From the NCBI RefSeq assembly GCF_039654945.1, contig NW_027361700.1, positions 27,032,001 through 27,096,000 of the forward strand: DNA of 64,000 bases, read 5' to 3'. The position numbers and the translations under genes are program-made. The notes under the pieces are model-generated. The model did no database searches and was not told where the DNA came from. It saw nothing but the letters and a program-made list of their open reading frames with translations. How positions within the stretch are numbered: position 1 is the stretch's first letter; each line of letters begins with the position of its first letter. The stretch comes from Dendrobates tinctorius (Eukaryota). Of this stretch, positions 39,673-53,143 are shown piece by piece.

Positions 39673-39788
39673 CATACCGCAGATCCTAGGGTACTCAATA
39701 GCGGGAAAGAATTGTAAAAAAAAAAAAAAAGTGTGTATATTTTTTCCTCTATATCTCTGAGGCCATAGGGGGAATTTTTTTTCTCTCA

Positions 39789-42700
39789 ATGGAGATAAAG
39801 CAATTGTCTGATCATGTGGAGCAGGTCGCTGCAGAAGTGCGGGGAATTTCCGCCTACCTTGCTCATTCACATGCTGCTGAACCAAAGATCCCTACTCCTG
39901 ATGTGTTTTATGGGGATCAGTCTAAATTTTTGAATTTCAAAAATAATTGTAAATTATTTTTTGCCTTAAAGCCTAACTCATCAGGGAGCTCCATGCAGCG
40001 GGTTAAAAATTTTCATCTCTTTGCTGCGTGGCGATCCCCAGGATTGGGCGTTTTCTTTGAAACCAGATGATCCTATTCTGACTAATGTGAACGCATTTTT
40101 TCAAGCCTTGGGGTTGTTGTATGACGAACCTAATGCTATTGATCAGGCTGAAAAGACCCTGTTGGCATTGAGCCAGGGTCGAGATTCTGCAGAATTGTAC
40201 TGTCAAAAATTCCAAAAGTGGGCGGTCCTTACTACCTGGAATGATAATGCCTTGGCAGCTCTCTTTCGGAAGGGTTTGTCAGAAGCTGTAAAAGATACTA
40301 TGGTGGGATTTCCTGTTCCCTCTGGTCTTGATGATTCTATGTCATTAGCCATTCAGGTTGATCGGCGTTTACGTGAACGCAGGACTGCACGAGAGGTGTT
40401 GCCACTTGTTGAACAAGTGTCTGAACCTATGCAATGTGATAGAGTTTTGTCCAGGGAGCAATGTCAGGTGTTCAGAAGGCGTAATAAGCTGCGTTTTTTT
40501 TGTGGAGATGCCTCGCATATTATTTCTGTCTGTCCTAAACGAGAGAAACGTTTTGCACACACATTTTCTGTGGGTGGTGTTCAACCTAAGTTTCTTCTGG
40601 CAATTACTCTGATCTGCTCCCTGTCCACATTTTCTGCCAAGGCTTTTGTGGATTCGGGAGCAGCCCTAAACCTAATGGACTTGGATTTTGCTAAACGTTG
40701 TGGATTTCCGATGACACCTCTGCGGACGCCTATCCCTTTGAGGGGGATTGATGCTACTCCTTTGGCGAAAAATAAACCTCAGTTTTGGACCCAGGTGGTA
40801 ATGCGGGTCGCGCCAGACCATCAAGAAAATTGTAGATTTTTGGTGTTGCATAATTTGCATGATACCATGGTTCTGGGGATTCCCTGGTTGCAAATTCATA
40901 ATCCAGTTTTGGATTGGAAATCTGTGTCTGTGGTGAGTTTGGGTTGTCGGTGTGCCCTAAGTGATGCTCCTGTTTTCTCCACCTCTCCCCAGTCGCATGA
41001 TGTTCCTGACTATTTGGCGGACTTTTATGATGTATTTAGTGAGAATGAGTCTGCGTCTTTGCCTCCTCATAGGAGTTATGACTGTGCAATTGAACTGAGC
41101 CCAGGGTGTAAATTTCCCAAGGGTCGGCTCTTCAATTTATCTGTACTCGAGCACGAGGCTATGCGATCCTATATTAAGGAAGCGTTGGAGAAGGGTCATA
41201 TTAGACCATCCTCTTCACCCTTAGGTGCCGGTTTTTTTTTTCGTGGCCAAAAAGGATGGTTCATTAAGGCCTTGTATTGATTATCGTGCCCTCAATAAAA
41301 TTACTATTAAATATCAGTATCCGTTACCCCTGATTTTGGATCTATTCTCCAGAGTTAAAGGTGCTTGCAGGTTTACCAAGCTTGACCTCAGGGGGGCGTA
41401 TAATGTTATCCGCATTAAGCATGGGGATGAATGGAAGACGGCGTTTAATACTCCAGAGGGACATTTTGAGCACCTGGTGATGCCTTTTGGGCTCACTAAT
41501 GCCCCTTCTGTCTTCCAGTGCTTCATGAACGACATTTTCCGGGACTTTGTGGATAAATTTTTGATTATCTATCTGGATGATATTTTGATCTTCTCCAAGG
41601 ATTGGTATTCTCATGTGGAACATGTTCGGACTGTGTTCCGGATCTTGAGGGAGAATTCCCTGTATGTCAAAGGATCGAAATGCCTTTTTGGGGTACAGAG
41701 GATTTCATTTTTGGGATTTATTTTGTCTCCGTCAACTATTGAAATGGACCCGGCCAAGGTACAGGCCATTTATGATTGGGTTCAGCCCACTTCTTTGAAG
41801 GCCCTCCAGAAGTTTTTTGGTTTTGCTAATTTTTATCGGAAATTTATAGCAACATTTTCTAGTATTGCCAAGCCATTGACTGATCTGACTAAGAAGGGTG
41901 CTGATGTGTTGAATTGGTTTCCGGAGGCTGTTTCTTCCTTTCAGGAGCTGAAGCGAAGATTCACTTCTGCCCCGGTTTTGCGGCAACCTGATGTCTCACT
42001 CCCATTCCAGGTAGAGGTGGAGCTTCTGAGATTGGTGCAGGAGCTGTTTTGTCCCAAAAGGATCCTGTAACATCTAAAATTAATCCTTGTGCTTTCTTTT
42101 CCCGAAAGTTTTCTCCATCTGAACGTAACTGTGATGTGGGGAATCGGGAACTGTTAGCCATGAAATGGGCATTTGAAGAGTGGAGACATTGGTTGGAGGG
42201 AGGTAAACATCAAGTCGTGGTCCTCACTGACCACAAGAATTTGATTTACCTGGAGTCGGCCAAACGCTTGAACCCTAGACAGGCTAGGTGGACCTTGTTT
42301 TTTACACGTTTTGATTTTGTAGTCTCTTTTCTTCCTGGCACTAAGAATGTCAAGGCTGATGCTCTCTCTAGGAGCTTCTTTGCTGATTCTCCTGTGGTGA
42401 CCAAGCCTGCTACCATCTTAGGCGAAGGGGTAGTTCTTTCTGCCATCTCGCCCGATTTGAGACGTGCTCTGGAAGAGTTCCAGGAGGACAAACCTGAGCG
42501 TTGTCCCAGTGGAAAGTTGTATGTTCCTGACCAGTGGAAGAAAAGAGTGATGTCTGAAGTTCATTGCTCTGCATTGGCTGGTCATCCAGGTATTTTTGGT
42601 ACTAGAGATCTGGTGAGTCGGTCTTTTTGGTGGCCCGCCTTGTCTCGTGATGTCAGGAATTTTGTGCAGTCCTGTGGGACTTGCTCCCGGTCTAAACCTT

Positions 42701-43977
42701 GTTCTCGCTCTAGTGGGTTGTTGATGCCTTTGCCGGTCCCCAGGACACCATGGACCCATATTTCTATGGATTTCATCTCTGATATGCCTGTCTCTCAGAG
42801 AATGACTGTTATTTGGGTGATTTGTGATAGGTTCTCTAAAATGGTTCATCTTGTACCACTCCCTAAGTTGCCATCTTCCTCTGAGTTGGTGCCCCTGTTT
42901 TTGCAACAGGTGGTTCGCTTGATTCCTGAGAACATTGTATCTGACAGAGGAGTTCAGTTTGTGTCTTGATTTTGGAGGACTTTCTGTTCCAAGCTGGGAA
43001 TTCAGTTGTCCTTCTCCTCTGCTTTTCACCCTCAGACCAATGGGCAGACGGAGAGAACAAACCAAACCTTGGAGTCGTATTTGAGATGTTTTATTTCCGC
43101 TCATCAGGATGATTGGGTTTCATTTTTGCCCTTGGCCGAATTTGCTTTAAATAATAGAGCTAGTTCTGCCACTTTGATGTCACATTTTTTTTGTAACTTT
43201 GGGTTTCATCCTCGATTTTCTTCAGGGCAGGTGGAGCCTTCTGCCTGCCCAGGTGTTGACACTGTGGTGGAGAGAATGCACCAGATCTGGGACCAAGTGG
43301 TGGATAAGTTATCTCTCTCCCAGGAAAAGGCCCAGCGGTTTTCCAACCGACATAGGACCATTGGTCCCCAGTTTAAGGTTGGTGATATGGTTTGGTTATC
43401 ATCAAAAAATATCGCTATGAAGGTGGCTTCTCCTAAGTTTAAGCCTAGATTTATTGGACCTTACAAGATTTTGGAGATTATTAATCCGGTCTCTTTTCGT
43501 TTGGCTCTTCCTGTCACATTTAAAATCCATAATGTGTTTCATAAGTCCTTGTTGAAGAGGTTTGTTGAACCAGTTGTTCCTGGGGTGGCACCTCCGGACC
43601 CTGTATTGGTTGAAGGTAACATGGAATATGAGGTAGAGAAGATACTGGATTCCCGTCTGGCTAGACGGAGACTCCAGTATTTGGTTAAGTGGAAGGGTTA
43701 TGGTCAGGAGGATAATTCCTGGGTCTCTGCCTCTGATATTCATGCCAAAAGATTGGTGCGTGCCTTTCATCGGGCTCACCCTGATTGCCTTGGTGGCGTG
43801 GATGAGGGTTCGGTGACCCCTCCTCAAGGGGGAGGTACTGTTGTGAGTTCATTTTCCCCTTCACCATTGAGGTCTGATGAACTCCCTCTTCTGGTGAAGG
43901 AAGGTAGTGAGGCTGATTACCAAGCACCTGAGCAGGATGATGATGACTGGGTGACTGGAATTGCTGACTGGATATAA
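39789..43977 (+). pseudogene. Gypsy gag-pol (gag, protease, RT, RNase H, integrase, chromodomain), disrupted
   Basis: Protease FVDSGA; [19 protein letters not shown]; RNase H RELLA, TDHKNL; integrase H..H..CGTC, SMDF, SDRG, QTERTNQ; chromodomain YEVEKILD..YLVKWKGY..NSW; frameshifts near 40010, 41240, 42025; stop at 42967. Confidence 0.95.
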
Positions 43978-46205
43978 GGCAGCCGACGCCCTTCTGCCTT
44001 GCTGGTGATTTCTCAGAGGGATTCTAGGAGACCAGTCTGATTCCTTCTCCTCAAAAGCTAAGATTTCTGCGCTGCTTTTTGCATTTGTGTTTTGGTTTTG
44101 TTTTGCCTTGTTTTTCTGGATTTCTGCCATTCCCTGCTGGGGTGAGCTGAATTCCTTTTTGCTCTGTCTTCAGAAAATACCTGAGTACTGATATAGTCTT
44201 TTTGAAGTCTAGCGTCTTCAGGGCTTTTTTCCCTATCAGTTTGTTGGCTCTTGTTTTGATAGGGTTTTGGCGGATTGCAGACAGCAGCTTTTCTATCCTG
44301 TCCTATTTAGTTAGCTTGGGCCCCATCATTTGCTCAGCCTATCTTTCTATCTGTGTGAGTGTTTTTTCATCTTGCTTCATCGTCATTATATGTTGGGGGC
44401 TGCCTATTGCTTTGGGGTCTGCTCTGGGGCAGTTTAGATTTCCCTTTCTGTCTTTAGGCTATTTAGTTCTCCGGCTGTGATCGAGGGGTCTAGGGCACCG
44501 TAGGAACCCCCCACAGCTACTGCTAGTTGTTGTTGATAGGTTCAGGGGTCTGCAATCCGATAGCTGCCAACTTCTCTGGTTTTCTGGACTTAGCTAGTAT
44601 TTCTGGTTTTGCCTCCTACGGTGACTCATTCATAACACTTGGCCATGTCCCTGAGCATGGCACACCTTGAGCTTTTTGATACTCCAGTAATGTTGCAGCT
44701 CTGAAATATGGCAAAACTGGTGGCAAATGGCATCTTAGCAGATTCACGCTTGATTTTCCTCAATTCATGGGCAGTTATTTTGCGCCTTTTTTTATCAACA
44801 CGCTTCTTGCGACCCTGTTGGCTATTTGCCATGAAACGCTTGATTGTTCGGTGATCACGCTTCAAAAGTTTGGCAATTTCAAGACTGCTGCATCCCTCTG
44901 CAAGACATCTCACAATTTTTGACTTTTCAGAATCCATCAAATCTTTCTTCGGACCCATTTTGCCAAAGGAAAGGAAGTTGCCTAATAATTAAGCACACCT
45001 TATATAGGGTGTTGATGTCATTAGACCACACCCCTCCTCATTACAGAGATGCAAATCACCTGATTTACATAATTGGCAGTTGGCTTTCAAGTCTATACAG
45101 CTTGGAGTAGGGCAACATGTATAAAAAGGATGATGTGATCAAAATACTCATTTGCCTAATAATTCTGCACCCAGTGTATGTTGAAAAGTAGCCATCTTCC
45201 TCTCTATAATTTGGTATAATTTGGCTTTTATATTCTGTAGACATTACAATGAGTAAGGAATACCCACTACCAGTCTACTTGGGAGCTAGTGATGCAAACA
45301 ATTCATCTTCTTGACTCATTTCAAAGGTGACAAAACAAGTGACAAAATATGAAGTAGTAAGAGATATAGGAATTTAGAGAGGATAGGAGATGCTTACAAA
45401 ACAACAAAATGATACCAACCTAAACCACCCAGTCAATTATTTTGATATGGTGGATATGCTTTTTCTTAGTATTCTTGGCAAGATCTGGCCTGCTAGATTT
45501 CATCAAGAAGACATATTGTTGATAGATGTGAAATGCATTTATCATGCGTTAAATATAAGAAGAACTGGTTCTTCGCGGAGCAAGTTACTGTGGGTGTGTC
45601 TTAATATGAAGGATCTGGGAGATACGGGTTTAGATTTACAGCAAATTGCTACATGTTTCTTGTTCAATACTCTACAAAGTGTATTAATTAAGAACACCTC
45701 TACTTTACATAATAGTTGCCAAACTAGATACTATGATCCTGATTTATCAAGATTGGAGTTGTTCACGCTGGTCTTGGTGAGGAAATGTGCTGAAGTCAGA
45801 AACTCTTGATTTATGAAGAGGCCTATTCCTCTTCCCGAATCAGGAGTGTCACACGATTGATGTGCACCTCCATGTACGCCTCACCCCAAATCGTACTCCA
45901 GTCCCTGCTGGAGTAAGGTTTGTGGGGTACAGAACACCGACACTCATCATGAATATACACACACTTGGAGCTGAGTAAAAATGGCCCGAGAGCGCCAAAG
46001 GTCATAGAGTTTTAGTGCAGCCTCAAGTTGCTCCAATATTTTGCGACTTTTCAAAGCCTTTTACTCCAGTAAGCTTTGGTGAATCAGGCAATATCTTTTA
46101 CTAAATAAAACTTTGTACCATAGTGGAGTATATGAAAATAAGGTGTAATATGGAAAGGACTTCAGACAATGTGAAAATTGGAAATCACCCTCTAAAATGA
46201 AGTAA

Positions 46206-46590
46206 GGCTAAGTTCACATTTGCGTACTGGGGCTTTGCGGAGGGCTGCGTACTTCCTCCGTTAAGCCCTGCCTACTTCTGCATATTTCTGCATGCGTCCT
46301 GTGTACCTATCTTTAACATTGGGTATGCAGGACAAGTGGATGTATGCGGATGCGTCTACATGCGTCGTTTTGACGTGCCCGCCGTCCGCACAAAAATGCA
46401 ACATGTTGCGTTAGGCTGCATGTCAAAACGACACATGCGGACGCATCGGCATACATCCACTTGTCCTGCATACCCAATGTTAAAGATAGGTATGCACGAT
46501 GCATGCAGAAGTATGAGGAAATAGGTGGGGCTTAACGGAGGAAGTACACAGCCCTCCGCAAAGCCCTGGTACGCAAATGTGAAACCAGCC
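46206..46590. mobile_element. Palindromic Harbinger-like MITE
   Basis: TAA|GGCT..TTCACATTTGCGTAC ... GTACGCAAATGTGAA..AGCC|TAA; nearly the whole element folds back. Confidence 0.85.
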
Positions 46591-47261
46591 TAAATTGTTT
46601 GTTAAAGCTAGATAAAAGCTGGTGGATGTCCTGTGGCAAAAATGTAGTGGGGGTCTCTACTCAATGTATTCGAGATCTAATCTCAATTCTTGTGGCAGCC
46701 ACCTAAAGAAATGGAAGTGCATGCACATGTCCCTGTCCACTCAAGTCTAAAGGAATCATGGAGGAAGAGCCACATGTGACCACTTCTTAAACTTCTTAAA
46801 CTCTTTTTGACTATATAAGATCACCAAATGGTCATCATGATGGTGGAGGTCAAAGGGCAGATTTCCCTTGTGTGATCTCTAAAATTCAGCTCTGAAAGTG
46901 CTATTACTATTACTAGTACTAGTACTACTACACTAGTATTGGTGCCCTGGATTAAGAAGCACTAAATTAATTAAGATTTGATGTATCTTTCAGCTGCCTG
47001 GTTACCTTTCAAGAAATGTGCTTCTCTCATGGAATGGACATAATTTATATCATTTTTTTTAGCTTAAATTATGATGATTGGGGCCCTGTATAATGCAACC
47101 ATTGGTGACAAATCACATGTAGAGTCATGCCTCAAAACTACATCTCTTTTGCCTAAATCTTCCTGGCCAATATTTTTGGTAATATACATGAGACTTAGGT
47201 TAGCCGATCAATGAGTCTTAAGCAGATTTGAAGAAATGGGCTGGCACACTTGTTGGTATAA

Positions 47262-48192
47262 GTGCACATTCATACTATGGCCATTAACAGACAAAACCTA
47301 GGATAAAACCAAATGAACAAATTCACTGTAGAAAGTAATTAAACAGTAAAAGTACATGGAAATAACATAAGAAACTTAGTTGATACTATTTTTCATCAAA
47401 AGGCGAAAAAACGCAATCCCACCACGACAAGGTGTACCCAATCAGGATGGTCCTTAACTGTAATAGTTCACCTCGCTATTTGCCAGCAGGCCTCAAATAG
47501 ACGGAGGCAGAGCAGGGCCCAGACCTAACTATTTCATCTCTACCCATGAAAGCTATACAGACAAGATGAACTGCTCAGAACGAGAGATCCACACCCCTAT
47601 ATGTACAAAGTACAAGGAAATAATGCAAAACAAAACAAATGGGTCGGCATGGTGGGATGGATTTTATGCTTTTCTGATCAAAATAGAGTCAACTACATTC
47701 TCAATGTTATTAGCATGTAATACTATTACTATTTATTTTCCTTTTTATTTACTTACTACAGGGTTTTTACTCATTTCTTTTTATTCTAGGTTTATTTCTG
47801 CTAATGGCCACAGTGTGAATGAGTACCTATACATCTCACTTAAACCAACATGTGTTCCGGCTCATTTCTTTGGTTTTGCTTTAGTTCCTTGTACTTTGTG
47901 CACAAGCGTGTGCCCCCCTTTCTGGGCTGTGCATTTTGTCTGTATAGCTTTTCACAGGCAGGTCTGATTCCTGCACTTACCCACTCGATTTTGGGGCCTG
48001 CTGGGAACATAGCGAGATGAACTACTATACTTAGGGACCATCCTTATTGGGTACACCATGTTGGGGTGGGATCCCTTTTACACTTTTTTGATCAAAATAG
48101 TGTCAACTAAGTTCCCTGTGTCATTTACATGTACTATTACTTTTCATTTTCTTAGTGCAGGGTATTTGCTCATTTGTGTTTATCCTAGGTTT
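47262..48192. repeat. Three-part inverted cluster of a dispersed repeat (possibly Penelope-like)
   Basis: Forward copy 47262-47647, short inverted copy ~47650-47825, longer inverted copy ~47850-48192; same family with inverted arms at 61462-61850. Confidence 0.7.
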
Positions 48193-49948
48193 AATCAGCA
48201 AGTTTTATTTAAGACTCTGGAGTGATACTTTGGTGTACCAAGTAATCCTGTAAATGGCACTTTGTATGACTTATACAGAGGATCCATTCTATAGGAGATG
48301 AAGTCTTGTACTAAGGACGGTGCACTTGTATCAATGATTCATACATGCCCATGGTTCCAATTTTCCTAGGACAATCCTTTAATCTAGACTGAAAAAGGGA
48401 AGGATAGAAAAATCACACCCAAAGTGGCCATTTTGAGTGTGTTTTGGGGCAATAATATCGATGGGGCATTAATGTCTTGAACTGGAATCCTATATAATGT
48501 AATTAGACCCCAGAAAAGGGCCTTAGCCTAAATGCAATGCAAAAACTATAGTGGACCCCCACCATAAGACTTTTGTCTTTTAGCCCTTTTCAGGGACCTA
48601 GGCCTGTAGGGAAATGTAGTATCTGCCCCCAAATCCCGATAGTTTAGCATTACGTCTCATCTTATCCAGGCAAACTAAAACCATACAATGCGATCATATA
48701 TGAATTGCATCAGAAAAATCTTTATTTAGGTTATACAAAGCGAAGCAAAGATGTCCAAAGTGTAATAATATTGATGGACAGACCACAAACCACAAGGAGA
48801 ATGTTGCGGCATTGTTGGAATAAACATGGTTTCAGACATTAAACATAATGGAACTATTAAGAATGCAGCGAAAAGAAAGGAAGAAGTAAAGATTCTAAAT
48901 GCAAGTAAGCCTGGCAGGTTTCCATTTTGCTTGAGCAGACATCATCTCTGTTGGCTTCAGTAAGGTTTTTTAGTTTTCCTCATTTTCTTTGACAACTTCT
49001 GATTTCACACTTATCCAACTTTAATGATGCCCACAATTGTCTTCACTCTTCTTGTACTTTTGCTACCTAAAATAAGACAAAGGAGTGCGTACTATAGAAT
49101 GCATCATTGCTTATTCCTCTTATTTCCTAAACATGAATGCAGTCTACAACTATCGGCACAATGGAAATCGTAGTTCTGTAGCACGAGAGATTACGGATCA
49201 CTGGTGTACAGTCTACAGTGAATTGTAAGAAATGAGCAATGACAAGACCAGAACTACTGTAAGATATGTTTGTTAGTGAAGACCCTTATGAAGTGATGCT
49301 TCCTTATATATTTTAAAGGAGATTTTGGGAATAAAAGTTTACCTGTTCCGTAAATGCAAGAGATTAAAAGTATATCCCCGTTAAAAAATTTGTACCGATC
49401 TGGTATTTTGGCTCTGGGTTATGTGATCTATTCTAATATCAACTTTTATTTTTCTATATCACATGCCGTAAATGTGGCTTGTGATCCTCAGTATATCAGA
49501 ATGAATCTACCCCTAATGTATATTTTGTATCATTACTAATGAAACTATGGGCTATGGCTATGACTCCCAAGTGCATGCGTGGCTAATAGTGATTCCACAT
49601 GTGCGGAAAGCCGCTAGGGTTTTGGAGAGATAGTGCAAAGATTTGCGGAAAATTTAGTTTGATGCTCAGTGAAGGACCTCTGAGATGCCCACAAACTGGA
49701 TGTGCCAGAAGAAGTGAAGTGACCGAACCGCAAATAGACCAAGGGAATAAAATGTCATAACACAAAGAGGTGAGTTAATCTCTATTGTATTTAAGTGTAC
49801 TATGTTCTATTGATTATCTTTATATCCCCCTTTAAGTATTTAGTCTTTGACATTGTTGTAACAGTATATGGTTAAATTGCTCCTTTGGTGACTTTTCATT
49901 GGTGACATATATCTTAATATATGTATCTTGCAATGGGTTGTATTACCT

Positions 49949-52900
49949 TCAGTATCTTCCAGTAACCCTGGTTGTACTAGACTGAGATGTCCTTGACGTT
50001 GAAGATGATGTTGTGCTAGATGACGTACCACTGAGGAAATTGAATAACAGTTATTATCGGTGCATTGGTACTACCAAAGTAAGGATATTAAAAGCTTGAC
50101 ATTATTGGTCACTGTTACCCTTCTCCTTCCAGAAGCTTGGTGTATGTCGCAATCTCTGCTTCCAGTCTGGTCTTAATGTTCAGTAGCTCTTCAAAATTTG
50201 CAGTCTGGCACTCAATGTCAGCTCTAATGTTTGTCAGCTGTTCTTCAATTGAAGAAATTTGTGCTTGCAGTTGTGCAATCTGCATGCAGTAACGTCCTTC
50301 TGTCTCTGCCAGTGTATCTTCCAGTGATTTTTTCTGCAAGCGAGAAAACTCAACTATTCAAGAGCTGACAAGTCCTCCATTGTTTTTCATTAAAAAAATA
50401 ATAATTATCCAAAAAATTCAGAAGGAACAGATAAAGTCTACAAATTATTCAGCAAAAGTTACATATGCGCATCTATAAAAAAAAACAAAACAAAGCTAGA
50501 AACAGAAACTTGAAACTCACCATGGCAAGCTGTGATTGAAACTCGATCTCCAAAGCTTGAAGTGACTTTCTTAGTTCAGATACTTCACTCTTGCTGGTCT
50601 TAGTTTCTTCAATTCCTTTGGAAATCTCTTTCTTTAGTCCTTCACTCTTGAGAGAAAATTGATAATTCTATTAATATTTGAAAGCAACCCCTTCCAGAAT
50701 ACTCTTCTAACTAGCTTTCTCAATTATTTATGGATCACTAAATATCATCAATCCTATGACCTTTCTAAAACCAGTATAAACCAAGCATGTTACATGCTGT
50801 TGTTGGAAACTTTGAATGCCAAAGAATTGGCCTACATGCAAGGGAACTTACCATTTTATTGAACTGGTTTTCAGCATCCTTTCGATTCTTCTCAGCTAAT
50901 GCTTCATACTGTCCTCGCATATCGTTCAGCAACTTCGTCAGATCTATACCTGGTGCAGCATTCATTTCAACAATGACTTGACCCAAAGTAGTTACTTGGG
51001 ATCCTTTAGCCTCCTATGGAGAAAAAGTATAAAATATGTTTCATGTAATCCTTAATGACTAGTGATTTGCATACAATAAAATGTCTTCTCCACTTACTTC
51101 TTCATGGTTCTTCTTGAGAAGAGCAATCTCTTCAGTGAGGCTTTCAAGCTGAGATTCCAGATCGGATCTGGATAAGGTCAGATCATCCAGGACTCTACGC
51201 AGGCCATTGATATCAGCTTCTACACTTTGACGAAGAGCCCGTTCATTCTCATATCTGAAAAAATAAGCAGATATTGCCTTTAATATTAGTGAAAGAGGAG
51301 ACACTTGTAGTTTGATTTCTTCATTATGGTACTAGAAGCATACGTTGCACATATTTGTAGAACCGGTTTTGTTGATATTTTCCTGAGTGTTTATGCTAGT
51401 TAGATAAGTTCTAGTCATTTTGCCCTCCTAAAAAATCCCACCTTAAAAAGTTAAATTCTATACATATAGTCCACATTGCTAGACATGCATGTTTGTACTT
51501 CTTTGAGTCAAGGTGGTCAATGATTTCATTTTGATTGGGGTTATATATATATATATATATATACATATATAGTTTCATGCTATGTCTCTTGATTTTCATT
51601 ATTTATTGAATTATTTGGTAGAATCCTCCCAATAGCCCCAGCTCTTGTAACACCAATTTTTACCATCCATCAGGACCTCATATCTTAGTTCCATAGACCT
51701 GTCATATGACCTTGATATATCTGTAGACTGCCTACAAAGTACCTTATGAATTTTGAGAAATCTTGGTTTCCTTAGAACAAACTTTTTAGTTTTTGATCTA
51801 CTACATGTGACAACAAGTTATCATGTAGAAGTTTTCAGAACTTACTTCATCTTGAAGTCATCAGCAGCAAGCCTGGCATTGTCGATTTGCAAGAGTATGC
51901 CTGCATTGTCATTAGTAGCTGCAATAATCTGCGAAATGAGTCATGAGTATGTAATGAATGCATCACAATACAAATCCAATCATACAATTCAGCTTTATAG
52001 GTTTGCTAAATGCAGGGTCATGTGTATACCCATTATTGGTATAGAGCCAACACATGTTCTGCAGCAATGTACACAAAATATTGTCCTGTCCCATCACTCC
52101 TTGTCCATACTTCGAAAAAAGTAATCTAGCTTCACCCAAAAGCACACTAGAGCATAAATTAAGTTTAGTTATTAAAAAAGAATATAAAAAACTAATGTTA
52201 ACCTGATCAGATTTATACCTAGAAACCCGAAGCTGACAAGGGCTTATTACTGAGCTACCATAATTTAATAATTGCTTTCTGAGGTTCTGGTTTAATTGCC
52301 ACACCTTAGACATCTAGCTAAAAATAATCCTGACGACCGTATATTTCTATAATACATGTATGCTTATTTTAGTCACTGTTATAAAACCTAAATATTTGCT
52401 CATTGGCATGATGCATTTTAATGGGTGAAGTGAACATATGATTTTAATTATATAGCATGGATACGGAATTACAGTATTGTTTTATGAAGCTTACCTTAGA
52501 TTTTAAATCTTCAATTATGGTAAAATACTTGGAGTAGTCGTTTGCTCCCTCACCAGTGGTACTACCAGGCCTTTGCTTTTCATACCATTCCTTAATCTTA
52601 CGTTCAAGCTCAGCATTTGCCTCTTCCAAGTCACGGACTTTTTGCAAATAACTGGCCAAGCGGTCATTAAGATTCTGCATTGTTTGTTTCTCATTTCCAG
52701 TGAAGATGCTGTCACCTCCTCCAAAGCCACCTCCGGCACCACCACCATATCCACCTCCAAAAGCAGCTCCACTAGCCCCACCACCATAGGCATAGTTAGC
52801 AGAAGCACTGTTAAAATCAATTTGACCACCACTGAATCCTCCAGCACCACCATTAAAACCACCAGCTAGACACTGACCAAATCCTCCATCACCACCACCA

Positions 52901-53046
52901 AATCCAGCACCTCCTCCAAAACCAACTGCTCCACCACCATAACCGGCTGCTCTACCTTGGCCAAAGCCACCTGCACCTCCACTGTAACCTTGGGAGCTTA
53001 AGGCTGAAAACTGCTGAGATGATGACTGTTTAAAAGAATAGGACAT
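49949..53046 (-). CDS. Type I keratin C, intact head and rod, tail truncated in exon 7 (458 aa)
   Basis: Exons 53046-52495, 51928-51846 (83), 51254-51098 (157), 51013-50852 (162), 50646-50521 (126), 50333-50119, 50030-49947 with in-frame TGA at 49951-49949; exon 8 begins at 49066 and is non-coding; [24 protein letters not shown]; AATAAA at 48721-48726. Confidence 0.9.
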
Positions 53047-53129
53047 ATTGTTCAAGCAAAAGGACACCCTTTCCAGATGAAAAACAAGCAGCTTCTGTGG
53101 GAAGGGTGATATCGGCACAGCTTCTATTC

Positions 53130-53143
53130 TTTATATATATATA
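53130..53143 (-). promoter_or_regulatory. TATA box of keratin C
   Basis: TATATATATAAA on the minus strand ~85 bp upstream of the ATG at 53046. Confidence 0.7.

Larger units (their letters stand above)
38868..44637 (+). mobile_element. Full-length Ty3/Gypsy chromovirus (Tf1/Sushi-like) LTR retrotransposon
   Basis: LTRs 38868-39661 and 43839-44637 (TGTT..AACA, roughly 2% divergent by eye); TSD CTTGGC; PPT AAGGGGGAGG at ~43826; gag-pol inside. Confidence 0.97.
38187..44958 (-). pseudogene. Tc1 DD37E transposase split by the Gypsy insertion (44958-44638 and 38861-~38187), frameshifted
   Basis: N-terminal HTH MGPKKDL..LKRDHRTIKR; WTDE; QDNAPSH (D at 38488) to DLNPIEN (E at 38374) with 37 intervening residues. 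Confidence 0.9.
37863..45176 (-). mobile_element. Tc1/mariner element of the DD37E (TRT) type, ~1.54 kb, interrupted by a Gypsy element
   Basis: TA TSDs at 37861-62 and 45177-78; TIR core GTGCAGAATTATTAGGCAA with inner direct repeats at ~38050 and ~44978. Confidence 0.93.

Noticed and set aside
39789-43977. PEG10/RTL1-like domesticated gene or programmed frameshift
   Set aside because: Paired LTRs, TSD, several frameshifts, a nonsense codon and a broken zinc knuckle indicate a decaying retrotransposon
53047-53118. N-terminal extensions in the ORF track for keratin C (53118) and keratin B (30635)
   Set aside because: They use non-ATG starts; the ATGs at 53046 and 30629 give the MSY start shared by all three genes and fit the TATA spacing
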